Notes under the pieces: generated by a model
Told to the model about the DNA's origin: nothing
The model's input: the letters and a program-made list of their open reading frames with translations, nothing else
The model's database searches: none
Assembly (NCBI GenBank): GCA_964016885.1
Contig: OZ024740.1
Span: forward strand, 243,412,001 to 243,476,000
Direction of reading: 5' to 3'
Source: Eledone cirrhosa
Lineage: Eukaryota
Length of the DNA stretch: 64,000 bases
Shown here: in pieces, positions 49,585 through 63,323 of the stretch
Layout of the letters: each line of letters opens with the position of its first letter
Position numbering within the stretch: the stretch's first letter is position 1
Translations under genes and position numbers: made by a program

Positions 49585-49740
49585 GGCCAAGTGCTACATG
49601 GCTGGAATGAAAATCAGTGCTGCAGAAACTAAGACAGTTGTCCTCTCAAGGAAGCCTGCACGGTGCATTCTACATGTGAATGGAGATTCACTGAAGCAGG
49701 TAGAGCAGTTTGAGTATCTTGGGGCCATTTTCATCTGCAA
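49585..49740 (+). mobile_element. Inverted RT fragment of the Rex3/Expander-like LINE
   Basis: AGMKISAAETKTVVLSRKPARCILHVNGDSLKQVEQFEYLGAIF. Confidence 0.7.
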
Positions 49741-50285
49741 GTTGGCAGGAAACAGCAGGGGGTCTGATGCACACATACTCCAAATTGCATGTTTAGCACT
49801 TGCATAACTCAGTTGCAGAGTACTGTTCACTGATTTGGGCAGGGATCTGCCATGCCAAGTAAGTTGACATCATCTTCAACTTGGCAATGAGAATAGTATC
49901 TGGCACACTGAAATCTACACTTACTTGGTGGCTGCCTACCTTTTCTCATATAGTTCCTTCTCACATGCAGTATCAGGAGATGATCTGTGAAGCAGCACTT
50001 CTTACCAAGTCCAAGCCTGACCTTCTCATTCATGGAAAACTTTTCCAACATGCGCTTGAAATCATGTAAACCATTCTGGGAATCAATGAAGAACCTTCAG
50101 GACAATAACTTTGATCTGATAGAAGAGTGGTGACAATCATGGAATGAGTTCAAATTTACCAACCAAGACCTTGTCTAGGACCCCATATCTAAACCACCGG
50201 CTTTAACTTTCCCGGAAAGCAATGTGCGTCTCTTAATCAGATCCACACAACACATGCCAGGGCAGCCCATCAGCTCTTTCAGAAA
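49738..50285 (+). mobile_element. Ingi/Vingi-like LINE fragment
   Basis: KLAGNSRGSDAHILQIACLALA...AMRIVSGTLKSTLTWWLPTFSHIVP resembles the post-RT KLAG.WGA..LR..LAL / RIISG.LRPTP motifs. Confidence 0.6.
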
Positions 50286-50373
50286 ATGAAAGACATATAT
50301 ATATGTGTGCAAGTATGTATATATATACATACTACTGTACGTCTGTATACATATATGTATGTACGTATACATA

Positions 50374-50428
<55 letters not shown>

Positions 50429-50830
50429 TTGTCCTCATCATCATAATCATCATTATCATAATCACTTCCACTAACACCAGTACCCACACCTCCACAAATT
50501 CCACCAACATAATCATCCTCATCATCAGTGTTATTATCACCACAGCCGTCATCATCATTATCAATAGCATCATCATCAGCGTCAATAGCATCATCATTAG
50601 CATCAATAACACTGCCAAAATCGTCAACAACGCCCCCACCACAACAAGAATAATTTCAAACATCATCATCATCATCATCATCATCATCACCACCACCATT
50701 TCCATCATTGTCAACATTCCAACCATCAAAATGGTTTAAGCTTCACTAATGGTTTTACTAATCATTTAACTAACATTTTATCATTACTCCCTCACTCAAA
50801 CACACATATATACATATATAATATACACTC

Positions 50831-51006
<176 letters not shown>

Positions 51007-52429
51007 GCATATGTATAATATATACTCAAATATAATCTGATTTGAATCTATGCCGATCTCCCCACCAGTTTGTCTGAGAAATAGGCAAAAACCCAAATCC
51101 CGTTTATAAGCCAAACCAGCTAATCGCCACATTATGTTTAGATGGCGCCGTTTTGAAATTCTCATGAGTATAAAATATATTTATGAAATTTTAATATTTT
51201 GATGTTTAAAATGTTTTGTGTCATTTAAAATATAGTTTTTGTTTCACAACTCTATTACATAATGCTTTTTTACCATTTTATCTGTTTTATAATGTTTCAA
51301 CAAGTTTCTCAAATTTTTGTTTACTTCTGGCCACTCACACGCTAGGAGTACTTTAAAAGCAAGAGATTGAATAAGAGAACATTGTATTGGGATTCATAGA
51401 AGAGAAGGGGGGAGAGACAACAAGTGAGAGTGAGGGGGGGGGGGCAAGAAAAAGAGAGGGCAAGAGCAAGAATAGAGAGAGAGCAAGAGCAATAAAACAC
51501 AAGTTAGAGGTAAGATTTCAATCTTACGTAAGATTGAAATAAAAAGTATTATTAAGTCAGAGAAAAACATATATGTATGTGTGTTCATATGCATATGTGC
51601 ACATGTGCATGCATGCGTTCTTGAGTGGATGTGTATGGGATATTATGTATTTAAAAGTTCAAATTATAAAAATTTGTTGAAATATTTTCAAGGGAAAGTA
51701 TAAATAAAACCAATGATGATGTAGTAAATGTAGAAAAACTGTGTTTTTTTAATAAAATAATCACTCCAGATATTTTACCACCTTATTTATGTAGGATTTG
51801 AAGTTGGTGAATTCAGCAAAATATTGACCTCCATTTTACCATCAATTTTGTCATCACATATATTTGACCCGAATAAACCAACATCGTTTTGTTTCATCCT
51901 GTAAAATCTTACAGCTAAGCTAAAAAATTATCTATTTAATTCTTTTCTACTATTTATATAGTGTCTTTTTGCTGTTTCCATATACACCTTATTTGCACCT
52001 TATTACTTTATATTTCGATTTTCTTATTTACCAACACCAACTTTCATACAAGCACACATTGTCATTGGAGTCTTCCCACCTGCCCCCTATCCACCACCTT
52101 CCGGTTTGCTGAGTGACAGACATGGTCTGAACCCACACCCAGTTACTCTGTTGCATCAAATATAATATGTATGTGTATGTATATATATGCATGCATATGT
52201 ATTGTACATAGGCATATATTTGCGCATAATGTGTGTGTGTATATATGTACGATGTATATATTTTATATATATATATGTGTTATGTTATATATTTACATGT
52301 GTATTACCCTCGCATGTGTGTTAATGTATATTATATATGTATATTGTGTATTATGTAGCATATGTGTTTATGAACATGCATGTGTTGTATATGTATCATA
52401 TATACAACTACCCAAAACATCACTATGAG

Positions 52430-52935
52430 CAAAGTATGACACGGCTAACTGGCCAGGCGTGTCTCATAACAGGATTACCTAGCTCTACACTCTAAATGTG
52501 GTTGGAAAGGCATCCTGCAGCTGTATAAACCCAGCCTAAATATGGCCCCACTATGCACAAGGCATGGTGCAGCCAACTGGCCAGACACTCCTCATAATGG
52601 TGCCACCCAGTTCCACACTGTAAATGTAGTTGGTGTTAGGAAGGTCATTCAGTAGCTATAAAAACCCAGCCAACACACAATCCCGATATGTGCAAGGTAT
52701 AGCATGGCCAACTGGCCAGACCTCCCCCATAATGGGAGCACCCAGTTCCACATTGTAAATGTGGTTGGTGTTAGGAAAGGCAGCCAGCTGTAAAAATCCC
52801 AGCCAAAATACAGTTCTGTTTGTGCAAGGTACAGCGTGGCCATCTGGCCAGACTTGTCTCATAACATGGACGACTCATATAACTCATACAAGCATGGAAA
52901 AATAGATGTTAAACGGGGATACGATGATGATGGTC
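52430..52935 (+). repeat. Three ~130-bp tandem copies of the RTE UTR core followed by an RTE tail
   Basis: TAAATGTRGTTGG at 52493, 52621, 52756; tail GCATGGAAAAATAGATGTTAAA..(GAT)n. Confidence 0.75.
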
Positions 52936-52994
52936 ATTTCTCAGCTTATATATAAGTATATATGGTATATACATACACACACACCACAATTACA

Positions 52995-53526
52995 CCTAAC
53001 AAGGCAATAACACATGACCGTGACCTCTGGCACTATGCAGTACTACAGAAGACCCACCTTCCTATATGCTTGAGGCATATATCTAATAGGCAATACCTTC
53101 CTCCACCTTCTCCCCTCCCATACACTTCTCTTTGCAGTAACCATCCCTCTCCTATTACCTACATCTGCAATTTCCCCAAGCTTCTTCCCCCTCCTTCCCT
53201 AATTCCCATCCAACACCATGTAGTGGTTCCTCCCAGGTGTCAAGACAAAAGCACCCAGCCCACACTGTTGGTGACACAACAAAAAGTGTCCAGTCCACAC
53301 TGCAATGTGGTCGTGTAGGTGACATGACAAAAAACACCCAGCACACACTGTAAATGTGGTTGGCATTAGGAAGAGCATCGAGTCGTAGAAACCAAGCCAA
53401 AATCAGCTCCGGGTGAGCAAAACACGGTGCTTGGACTTGATGCTCTCCCAAAGGCTCAACCATTCCTACCCATGCTAGCGTGGAAAATGGACGTTAAACG
53501 ATGGTGACTATGATGATGATGATGAT
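52995..53526 (+). mobile_element. RTE subfamily C-like 3' fragment
   Basis: KAITHDRDLWHYAVLQKTH, 3'UTR, (GAT)n. Confidence 0.85.
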
Positions 53527-53793
53527 ATCATCATCATCATCATTTCATTTTACATCCGCTTTTCCCTGCTTGCAAGGGTGGGACGGGAACTGATTCTGGC
53601 TTGATTTCTACAGCTGGATGCCCTTCCTAACACCAACCTCATTTACAGTGAGTGCTGGGTGCTTTTTTGCCGTGGCACCTACACGACCACTTTGCAGTGG
53701 AATGATATGGACCCCAGTCCCTGTCATCTCATTTCTAGGCTGAGTAAACACACCACCCTGTCTGAGAATTTAACTCAGACAGGGTGATGTGTT
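53527..53793 (-). mobile_element. SINE family 1 with internal deletion and terminal fold-back
   Basis: Tail-to-tail with the preceding RTE (GATGAT|ATCATC); ends in a 20-bp hairpin at 53747-53793. Confidence 0.85.
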
Positions 53794-53890
53794 GATATAT
53801 ATATATTTATATCATCATCATCATCATCATCATCATCATATATGTGTGTGTGTGTGTGTGTACGTATATATATATATATATATATATATA

Positions 53891-54849
53891 TGGTGTCTAA
53901 TACCAAGGCATACCCTGGGGAAGAATGTACTCCACAGCATAGGTTAGTCGTTAGTGATATCTCAGTATGAAAGAGATGGAATGAGACATACAGGAAGGTG
54001 TGGAGAAGACAGGTCTGGAAGCTAAAAGACCTTTCACTAAAATACAAATTTAGGAAAGTCCTTCAAGATGTGTATGACGAAAAAGAAGACGATTTAGAGT
54101 CGTATGACATAGATAATAACTAGAATTTCTTACGTGACAACTTACTGCAGGCTACTGATGAAACTTGTGGCTGGAGCAGAGCTCCAACCAGACAGAGAAT
54201 ACCTGGTGGTGGAACAGCACAGTAGATAGGGCCATTAGAGACAAAAGACTAGCATGGAAGGCTTGGAAAAAGGGTGGGAGTAGAGAAGGATATACAGCCG
54301 CTAAGAGAGAAGCTAGATGTCCAGTGTAGTTAGCACGCAGGGAGGCTGAGAGTAGGAGGTTTGCCAATGTTCTGCGACGGGAAGATCAGAGGCGTGCGGT
54401 GTTCCACATTGCAAGGCAGTGTGTCAATGCAAATCAGGATGTTGTTGGAGATAAATGTGTCCGGGATGATGCCGGTGTACTTAGTGTCACAAATGATCAG
54501 AAAAAGGAGGCCTGGAAATGTCATTATGAGAGACTGATGAATGTAGAGAACGAATGGGAGAGAGAGAAATTACCCTCAGTAGATCCGACAGAGGGACCAG
54601 CTATTGAGATTGACGAATATAGGGTCCAAGAGGCGATTAAGGAAATGGTGGTCCCTAAGGAAACTAGGTGTTGAGGAATGGCTTGTGAGGACAGTGCAAA
54701 CTTTGTACAGAGGTGCTGTCAGTAAAGTCAGAGTAAGAATGGACTTTAGTGAGGAATTCCAGATACAAGTAGGAGTACATCAAGGTTCGGTCCTCAGCCA
54801 GCTCTTGTTCATTATAGTCCTCCAAGCCATAACAGAGGAGTTTAAGACT
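53891..54849 (+). mobile_element. RTE subfamily B fragment with internal deletion
   Basis: Near-identical to 22890-23890; starts at (TA)n; ends at EEFKT. Confidence 0.9.
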
Positions 54850-55932
54850 TTTAAGTGTTATTGGGAGGTGGTTGAGCATATCCAGGTCATCCCTTATGTA
54901 GCTTTTTATGTGTTTTAGGAAAGGTTTAAGCAGAATATTTAGGAATTTGCTTAGGCGGTGGGTTTCACAAGTGGTACCTGCTACTATGGGTCTTAATTTG
55001 AGGTCATTAGGAGGAGGGATATTGATGAAAATGCCTGTGGCTTCCTTGCAGGCCCTGCCTATTACTTCGCTTTTGTGTATCTTTGGGATTCTGTAGAAAA
55101 GGCTGGTTCTGCTTTTGAAGTTAATGATGTAGTTGTACTCCTTGTAAGTTAGACCTTCTTTGTAAAGGGTTGTTTAGAGATTTTAGGTTTCTCATTATTT
55201 TCTGTTGGCTGTAGTGTTGAGCCTTTTCGTAGTATGTTTCATTTTCTAGAGTTGTGAGTACTATGGTTGTGTAGTATTCTGTCTTAATAAGGACCACTGC
55301 ACTCCCTTTATCTGCCTCTTTGATTGTTAGGGTTTATCATTCTTTAGACTGTTAAAACCATTCCATTCTTTTTTGTTGAGGTTTGGTTTGTGTTTATGTC
55401 TGTGTAGGTGATGGTATGGGTAATTAGTAATGTGTTCGCAGAAATGATCGAAGAATTTATTCTTGCCTTTGGTGGGGTGTAGTCGTTTCCATTTCTGGCT
55501 ATTGAGTGTCCTCATTGTATTTGTCGTATAGTTGCTCACTAAGTCTTAGTTTTCTACAGAATTCTGCAATATCTTCCTTCATTTTGGGGTAGTTTCGGCG
55601 TTGGGGAGTCGGTGTAAAGTTCAGACCTTTGGAGACTATGCTGATTTGGTCTGTTGTTAATTCTTTAGGAGTTAAATTAACGATTTTTATTACATTTGGT
55701 GTCTCCTGTGTGTTTTGTGTTATCTTGTTACCCTGTGTCTGTGTGCTATGTCTATAAAATGACTACGGAAGTTGTGGTGGATGTTGAAGTTTGGTTGTCT
55801 CTTATGGTTGTATTGAGCCCTGCTGTTGTTGTAGGGTGTGTAGATTTGATGGGCGTTGTTATAGGGTGTGTAGTTGCGATGGTTGTTGAAGTTAGGTTGT
55901 ATCGTATGGTTGTATTGAGCCCTGCTGTTGTT
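54850..55932 (-). pseudogene. Penelope-like element N-terminal/RT fragment
   Basis: Hand translation: KIVNLTPKELTTDQISIVSKGLNFTPTP; EADKGSAVVL; FYRIPKIHKSEV...PPPNDLKLRPIVAGTTCETHRLSKFLNILLKPFLKHIKSYIRDDLDML. Confidence 0.85.
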
Positions 55933-56555
55933 ATGAACTGGGAGAGAAACTGGGCATAAGAGGGATCAGATGCTGTGTGCAGGAGAGGAGATTGTGTAGA
56001 TATGGGCATGTGATGTGCATGAAGGATGACAGCTGTATAAAAGTAGCAGAGCAATCGAAGTTGAAGTAGGCTATGGAGTAGAAAGATCCAGAAAGACTTG
56101 GGATGAGGTAATAAAAGTTGACCTTGCACAATTGCACCTTTCAAAGGTTGTGACACAGGAACTAGTTAAGCAGTAATACAGAAGACCCACCTTCCCATGT
56201 ACACAGGTTGAAGCATACATCTAGTATGCTCCACCTTCCCTCCATACCCCTCCCACATCCTACCACGCTACACATGTCCAAACACTCCACCCCTTACCCA
56301 TGTCTAGATCTACCTTCCTAATCTTCACAAAATTCTCCCACCCAAGCACCCAGCCCACACTGTAAAGTGATTGTGTTGGTGTCACGATAAAAAAACACTC
56401 AGTACACACTGTAAATGTGGTTGGTGTTAGGAAGGGCATCCAGCCGAAGAAACCAAGTCAGAATCAGTTCTTATGAGCAAGATATGGTCACCTGATCTGA
56501 CTTATCTCACAATTTGTTGAACCCATGCTAGAGTGGAAAATTGGTCGTTAAACAG

Positions 56556-56586
<31 letters not shown>
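55933..56586 (+). mobile_element. RTE subfamily C-like 3' fragment
   Basis: EKLGIRGIRCCVQERRL, SRKTWDEVIK, 3'UTR core, (GAT)n. Confidence 0.85.
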
Positions 56587-56671
56587 ATATGAATGTATGG
56601 GGGTGTATATTTTATACAAATATGTGACAGCTACAAACATTTCATTCTCTTCTTCTTTCTCTCTCTCTCTA

Positions 56672-56873
<202 letters not shown>

Positions 56874-57244
56874 GAGTTAGGGGGAAAGTGAGTAATATGT
56901 TTGTACCTGTCAATGGGGTTTCTTAAGAAGTTGATCCAAATTCTTAGAATGATGTAATTTCCCTTGTTTCATCCATCATAAATATTTCTGGTTCTAGTAA
57001 TAGCAATTGGTAAATCTCTATTACTGCTGCACCATCATCATCGCCATGACAACCAGTGAAAAAATTACAACGATGAAAGTAGCAGCAACAGCAGCAGCAA
57101 CAGCAGCAGCAACAACTATCACCATCCCAGTTTAACATGGTCACTTCTGTTGTTGTGAAACATGGCCATTATGGTCTAGTCAGTTTTGCAGTTAATAACA
57201 GACTTAACTTGTCTTCATGTTTCTAGTTATTTCTGCTAGAGAAT

Positions 57245-57324
57245 GATGTGGAGAGAGAGAGAGAGAGAGAGAGAGAGCAGACAAGGAGAGTGAAAGGGGT
57301 AGAGATTGGGAGTGGAGTGATAGT

Positions 57325-57368
<44 letters not shown>

Positions 57369-57410
57369 AGTGAAAGGGGTAGAGATTGGGAGTGGAGTGA
57401 TAGTGATGGA

Positions 57411-57452
<42 letters not shown>

Positions 57453-57514
57453 TGGGGAGAGAGAGAGAAAGAGAGAGAGAGAGGAGAGTGATAGTGATGG
57501 AGAGGGAGAGAGAG

Positions 57515-57553
<39 letters not shown>

Positions 57554-57642
57554 AGTGGGGAGAGAGAGAAAGAGAGAGAGAGAGGAGAGTGAAAGGGGTA
57601 GAGATTGGGAGTGGAGTGATAGTGATGGAGAGGGAGGGAGAG

Positions 57643-57683
<41 letters not shown>

Positions 57684-57725
57684 TGGGGGGAGAGAGAGAG
57701 AAAGAAATGGAAGAGAGGGAGGGAG
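57245..57725. repeat. (GA)n-rich compound minisatellite
   Basis: GAGTGAAAGGGGTAGAGATTGGGAGTGGAGTGATAGTGATGG x3, separated by GA runs. Confidence 0.9.
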
Positions 57726-57987
57726 CGGGGCTTAGACAGTCTGAAATGGAAACTACAGTCAGTTATAATTTGATACACAGTAGATAGAAGAAACAGTATT
57801 CACTCCATCAATCCAAACATGGATTACTAAGACTACATTCCAAAGACTCATAGCCAGCTATTATTTTAACCTTGATCTCTCATTAACTCTTATAAAGATT
57901 AAGTGTGACCAGTATAAGGTGCATCTAATAGAGTGAGAAAAACCATCAAATAAAATGAAATGTAGAGGTTGACAAAGATATCTGACC

Positions 57988-58340
57988 CATCATCATCATT
58001 TCATTTCATTTTACGTCCACTTTTCCCTGCTTGCAAGGGTGGGACGGGAACTGATTCTGGCTTGATTTCTACAGCTGGATGCCCTTCCTAACACCAACCT
58101 CATTTACAGTGAGTGCTGGGTCCTTTTTTGCCGTGGCACCTCCACGACCACTTTGCAGTGGAATGATAGAGACCCCAGTCCCTATCATCTCATTTCTACA
58201 GCTGAGTAAACTGGAGCAATGTGAAATAAAGTGTCTTGCTCAAGGAAACAACACATCACACGGGCTGAGAATTGAACTCACAACCTTTCGATTGCAAGAC
58301 CAATGCTCTAACCACTAAACCATGTACCTCCAGTGTTATA
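57988..58340 (-). mobile_element. SINE family 1, full length (tRNA head + CORE-like + RTE-derived body/tail)
   Basis: A box TGGTTTAGTGG, B box GTTCAATTC, TCCTTGAGCAAGACACTT; TSD ATATCTGAC at 57978 and 58341. Confidence 0.92.
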
Positions 58341-58938
58341 ATATCTGACTCACTTAATTTTGTGTAGTTATGTAAAAATTTCATTGCTTACATCGGTGAG
58401 TGACCCTGAGTATCTCTGGTTTCATAGAAGGGGCTGAAATACCTACAAAATTATTTCAACACCTGATGGGACATCGATCTCTTCATTTGACGGCAGAGTA
58501 CAGCACTACCTTTAGCACATAAGGATTGAATGGATTGTCACAGTTGGAGTCTAGAGAGGTTGGAGTATAATGTCTCACTTGTATGTTCCATTTGTGGCAT
58601 AGTTTCTATAGCTGGATGCCCTTCCTGATGCCAACCATTTTACAAAGTGTAGTGAATGTATCTATCATGGCACCAGCACTAATTAATTTCTCCTAGTTCT
58701 CACAAAACTAAGGAAGAGAAAGCAATGATAGAAAAATCAAGAGTTTGTGAGTGAAGGGTATAAGCATGTAATAGGAGAGACACAATGAATTAAAGTTAGG
58801 GGATATCAGGGAGGTGAGGACTGGGATAGAAACATTGTTGGAGGGAGTAACAAGAATGACAGTAATGGGAGTGAGAGTTTGATGGTACAGTGTAGAGTGG
58901 GGAGTAATGGATGAGATATTACTGTAGAGAGTAATAAT

Positions 58939-59126
58939 TGTTCTACTATTGGCACAAGGCCAGAAATTATCCCAGTGCATTACTGGTACTTTATTGTATC
59001 GACCCCGTAAGGATGAAAGGCAAAGTTAACCTCGGCGGGATTTGAACTCAGATCATAAAGAGACGTAACTATGCTTCAAAGCATGGTGTCCGACTCTCTA
59101 CCAATACTGCCAATCCACTGTCCTTA
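58939..59126 (-). mobile_element. SINE family 2, full length with 13-bp TSD
   Basis: AGAGAGTAATAAT at 58926 and 59127. Confidence 0.9.
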
Positions 59127-59503
59127 AGAGAGTAATAATAGCTACATGTTTGCTGATTAGAGAAATATATGACAAATGAAGTGTGGTGGAAGAGAAATGT
59201 GTGTGTGTGTTGGGGCTGATGGGTATCAATGAGAAGTGGCCTTTGGGAGAGGAAGGAATGCTTAGCAACATAGAAAAGGTGATGGCAGGATGTATGGAGT
59301 GTAAACAGATTTGATGCATTCCATCATACATGTCCACCATGATGGGTGAGGGAGTAGACTGATGTGGTTTGTGGGAGGGGAGAATGAATGCAGATTAAAC
59401 TAAAGACATCTCTCATTACAGTGAATATGAGAATTGGTGAGTGAGCATCTTAGATGATGAGAGGATTGGATAGATCCAATGCCATTCCTGGTTACATGGA
59501 GAG

Positions 59504-59569
<66 letters not shown>

Positions 59570-59571
<2 letters not shown>

Positions 59572-60865
59572 ATAATAATAATAATAATAATGAAATTATT
59601 GTGTAGTGCTCAGATGCACTACAACTCGTCAAAGGTGCATGTATAGTACTTAGAATAATGTACAAATGCCAGGAAAGTGTACAGTGTACGAGTCATGATA
59701 TACATGTGTGTGGAGGGGGGATATCAGGTGTAGTGTTGACGAATTTCAGGAAGCATGGAGGGTTTTAAAGGATGCAGCGTCCCGACAGCTAACAACTGAT
59801 GCAGGTAGTTTGTTCCATGCTTCATTTTTCCGAAAGTCAGGGAAGGGTTGTTGTTGGCAAGATGGTTAATAATTTTGTGGGTGTTTACCAAGTCAGTTGC
59901 CAGACGTCGGAGCTTCAATGTATCCATGCTCAGGGAAGCAAGGTGTTCAGAGTATGGTAGATGCCTGATGGAGGGTATTCGCTTGGTTGCATGTCTCTGA
60001 ACAGTTTCCAGGAGGTCAATGTTCTGAGCAAGATAGGGATTCCAGACTGGTGTGGCCGCACCATAGCTATATACAGCTTTAAATAGATAGCTGGAGAGCG
60101 GCTGACAAAAGTCTTGTTGAGTGATGCTAAGACACTCTCGGCCTTCTTGACAATTTTAGAGACGTGCTTTGTCCAACACAACCACAGCCGACAGTAATGC
60201 CCAGGTCATGTTCACAAGAAAACTTCTTGATATTAGTGTTGTGGAGGGAGTATCTGAATGCTGAGTTTTTCCTCCCAATGCATGGTGGTACACTTGTCCA
60301 CAGCCAGCTTGAGTTGCCAGTCCATAATCCATTGCTGCACTGTGTCCAGGTCTGATTGCAGGAAAGATCTATAGTGTACAGGATCTGTCCTTTTTATCTC
60401 AAGGTACAGCTTGATGTTATTTAAGCACTGTGGCATTCTATATGTTGGCATCTATGTCATTAATATATGCAAGAAACAAAAGGGGACCAAGAACAGTTCC
60501 CTGTCATACACCAGATGTCATCTCATATGGTGAAGAATGCTGTCCTAGAACCGTGCCTACCTCTTTTTGCCTGAGAATGAAGGACTTCAACTAGTTATAA
60601 AAATCATCTCTCACACGCATTGTAGAGAGTTTTGCCATAAGTCTTTTGTATGGCACAGAATTAAAAGCTTTAGTAAAGTCAAGGCAAACAACATCCACCC
60701 ATGAGCCGCCATCAATGATCCGGGTGATGTCTTTAAGAAACTCGATAAGTTGATCACAGCAGCTGGAGTTAGGGATAAATCCAAATTGCGAGGGCCAGAT
60801 AAGACTGTGAGAATTCCAGAAGTTCCAAAGTGTTTCTCTGACACAGGATTCCATCAGTAAAGAAC
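59570..60865 (-). mobile_element. CR1-clade LINE 3' fragment (degraded RT)
   Basis: PSQFGFIPNSSCCDQLIEF..VDVVCLDFTKAFNSVP; QGTVLGPLLFLAYIND; LKLYIAMVRPH; TLKLRRLATDL; (ATT)n tail. Confidence 0.85.
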
Positions 60866-60999
60866 ATGGAAGATCAAAGAGAGAGGCAACAGATGGAAAC
60901 TTGAGAGGGAAAGAAACAAAAATGTAGATATACTTCTGTGCCTCCAACAATACCACCATCATAACATTAATTTCATTATGTTTGTTTAGGAGGGTGGGC

Positions 61000-61345
61000 C
61001 TTCTCTGATACTGCATGTTGTCAGTCAGTGCAGTCCTTTGTCATCTTCAGTGTGAGGTTTAACTTCTTAAAGTCAGTTTTCACCACTTTGTCTTATATCA
61101 GTGCAATCCTCTCTTCTTATGAACAGTATTTCTCTCATATCATTTGTCTTTCATTGTTCATCTACATTAACATTACACATTCACTGGGGCTGTCCAATTC
61201 ATTTCTTTCTAACCCTTACAAATCTTCTGCATTCAAGATCTGTGTCTTGCTGTCATGCAGTAAAGAACATCATACACTCTACCCTTCACTCTGAGAGAGA
61301 AATCTTTTGTTCCCAGCATAAGTGAGGGGCTGGAAGCCTTGCTGG
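61000..61345 (-). mobile_element. Old RTE 3' fragment
   Basis: TKDFSLRVKGRVY motif. Confidence 0.6.
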
Positions 61346-61989
61346 AAGTATAAAGGTTAGTGATGTCATAGGATTGAAAGGCCTTGCCAGAAGCAAAGGG
61401 CAAGTGACGTAATGTTAGTGGAAATAAGACCAGTGTGGTGTGCCTCACACTTTTTGACTGTTGTGTTGTGAGCTTGAAATATTAGTTGTTAGATTCTGAC
61501 CAGAGGTTAGGCAGGTAGGACACAAACAGATACACCCCATCTGGACAAGATCAAGGATAGGAGATGACTCATGTAGGCGAGCTAACCCCCCCCCCCCACA
61601 CACACACACTCAACAATAAGTAATAGAAGTAATAGTTCCCTGAACTTTTTCCATCAGGGCATTCACCTCCACTGCTAACTAGGTCACCAAAATAATAAAA
61701 GCTGTCAGCTACTAGAGTGCCATATGTGCATTTGGGAGAATATATTTCTAGTCATGGAGGGAAGAACAGTGCCCATAGCCTTCGTCAAGACATCTAGAGC
61801 TGGTGGGAGAGAAGGAGGAAGGCATCCTCAAATTGGATATTTGGCCTCAATGCTTTTTAAAAATACCTAAGGGCCAGGTAGTATTTTAAACAAGGAAACA
61901 GAGTAAGTCTGCCAGCCAAGTAGGCCCCATGCAGGATTTCCATTAAGAATGCAGAGCTGGAACAAATACCACAAGGAATTTCGTCTGGG

Positions 61990-62770
61990 TAGGTATTTTA
62001 TTTCACTGATTGCAGAAGGGTGGAAGACAAAGTTGACTTTGGTGGGATTTGAACTCATAGTGCAGAGAGCAAGAACAAATAACTGTTTCTACTTTACCCC
62101 AGTGCATTACTGGTGGTTTATTTTATCAACCCCATAAGGCTGAAAGGCAAAGTTAACCTCGGAGGGATTTGAACCCATATCGTAAAGGGCCAACACTCTA
62201 TGCCGCCAATTCACCAAGCAAGAACAATTTTCATATGAAGGGAAATTATGTAATACAACATAGAATTAATCAATAGATTAATTAATGATTTATACTATAG
62301 GCACAAGGCCAATAATTTTGGGGGGAGGAGAAAGTCTTTTAACAACCCTGGAAAAATGAAAGGCAAAGTTAACCTTGGTGTATTTGAACATAAAGTACCA
62401 GAATGACCAATGCTGTGATGACTCTGCTAATCCACCACCTATCAATAAGTGATATACAAACACATGTGTAGCCTAGATCTAAAGTAATTATAGGGGATTT
62501 TATAATGAAAGAAAATTGTTGCAACCTCAGTTAGGGGTCATATTTAGTTTTGGAGAAAAACTTTCAAATAGGTACACTGAATTGGTGGGAGGAAAGATTT
62601 GGCCATAACACACTGCCTTAAAACATCTCATCTAACCAATGCCAGAATGGAATAGAGGATAATAAGTGTTTCTACTATTAGCACAAGGCCAGCAATTACC
62701 CAGTACATTACTGGTACTTTATTTTATCGACCCCGTAAGGATGAAAGGCAAAGTTAACAGAGGATAATAA
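61990..62770 (-). mobile_element. Cluster of four SINE family 2 fragments
   Basis: GAAAGGCAAAGTTAAC-type motif at ~62022, 62142, 62358, 62743; the last copy has TSD AGAGGATAATAA (62654, 62759). Confidence 0.75.
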
Positions 62771-62794
62771 TGATCATCATGATGATCATAGTTA

Positions 62795-62833
62795 TCATAC
62801 TGATGAAGATGATGTGGTGGTGATGAGAATGAA

Positions 62834-62869
<36 letters not shown>

Positions 62870-62999
62870 ATAGTGATAATGTTGATGATGATGATGATGG
62901 TTATGATGGTGGTTATGATGATGATGATGATGGTTATGATGATGGTTATGATGATGGTCATGATGGCAGTTATGATGATGATGATGATGATATAGTGAT

Positions 63000-63082
<83 letters not shown>

Positions 63083-63100
63083 GGTGAGGATGAGAATGAA

Positions 63101-63131
<31 letters not shown>

Positions 63132-63292
63132 TAGTGATGGCAATGATGAGGATAATGATGATGATGATGATGATGAAAATGATGACAATGACAATGATGA
63201 TAATGTGATGATGATGATGATGGTGATGACGATGATGATGATGATGAAAATGATGACAATGACAATGATGATAATGTGATGATGATGATGAC

Positions 63293-63323
<31 letters not shown>

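Noticed and set aside
58262-58334. tRNA gene
   Set aside because: A/B boxes are present, but it is the head of a SINE with TSD and no complete cloverleaf; the same applies to 36401-36475.
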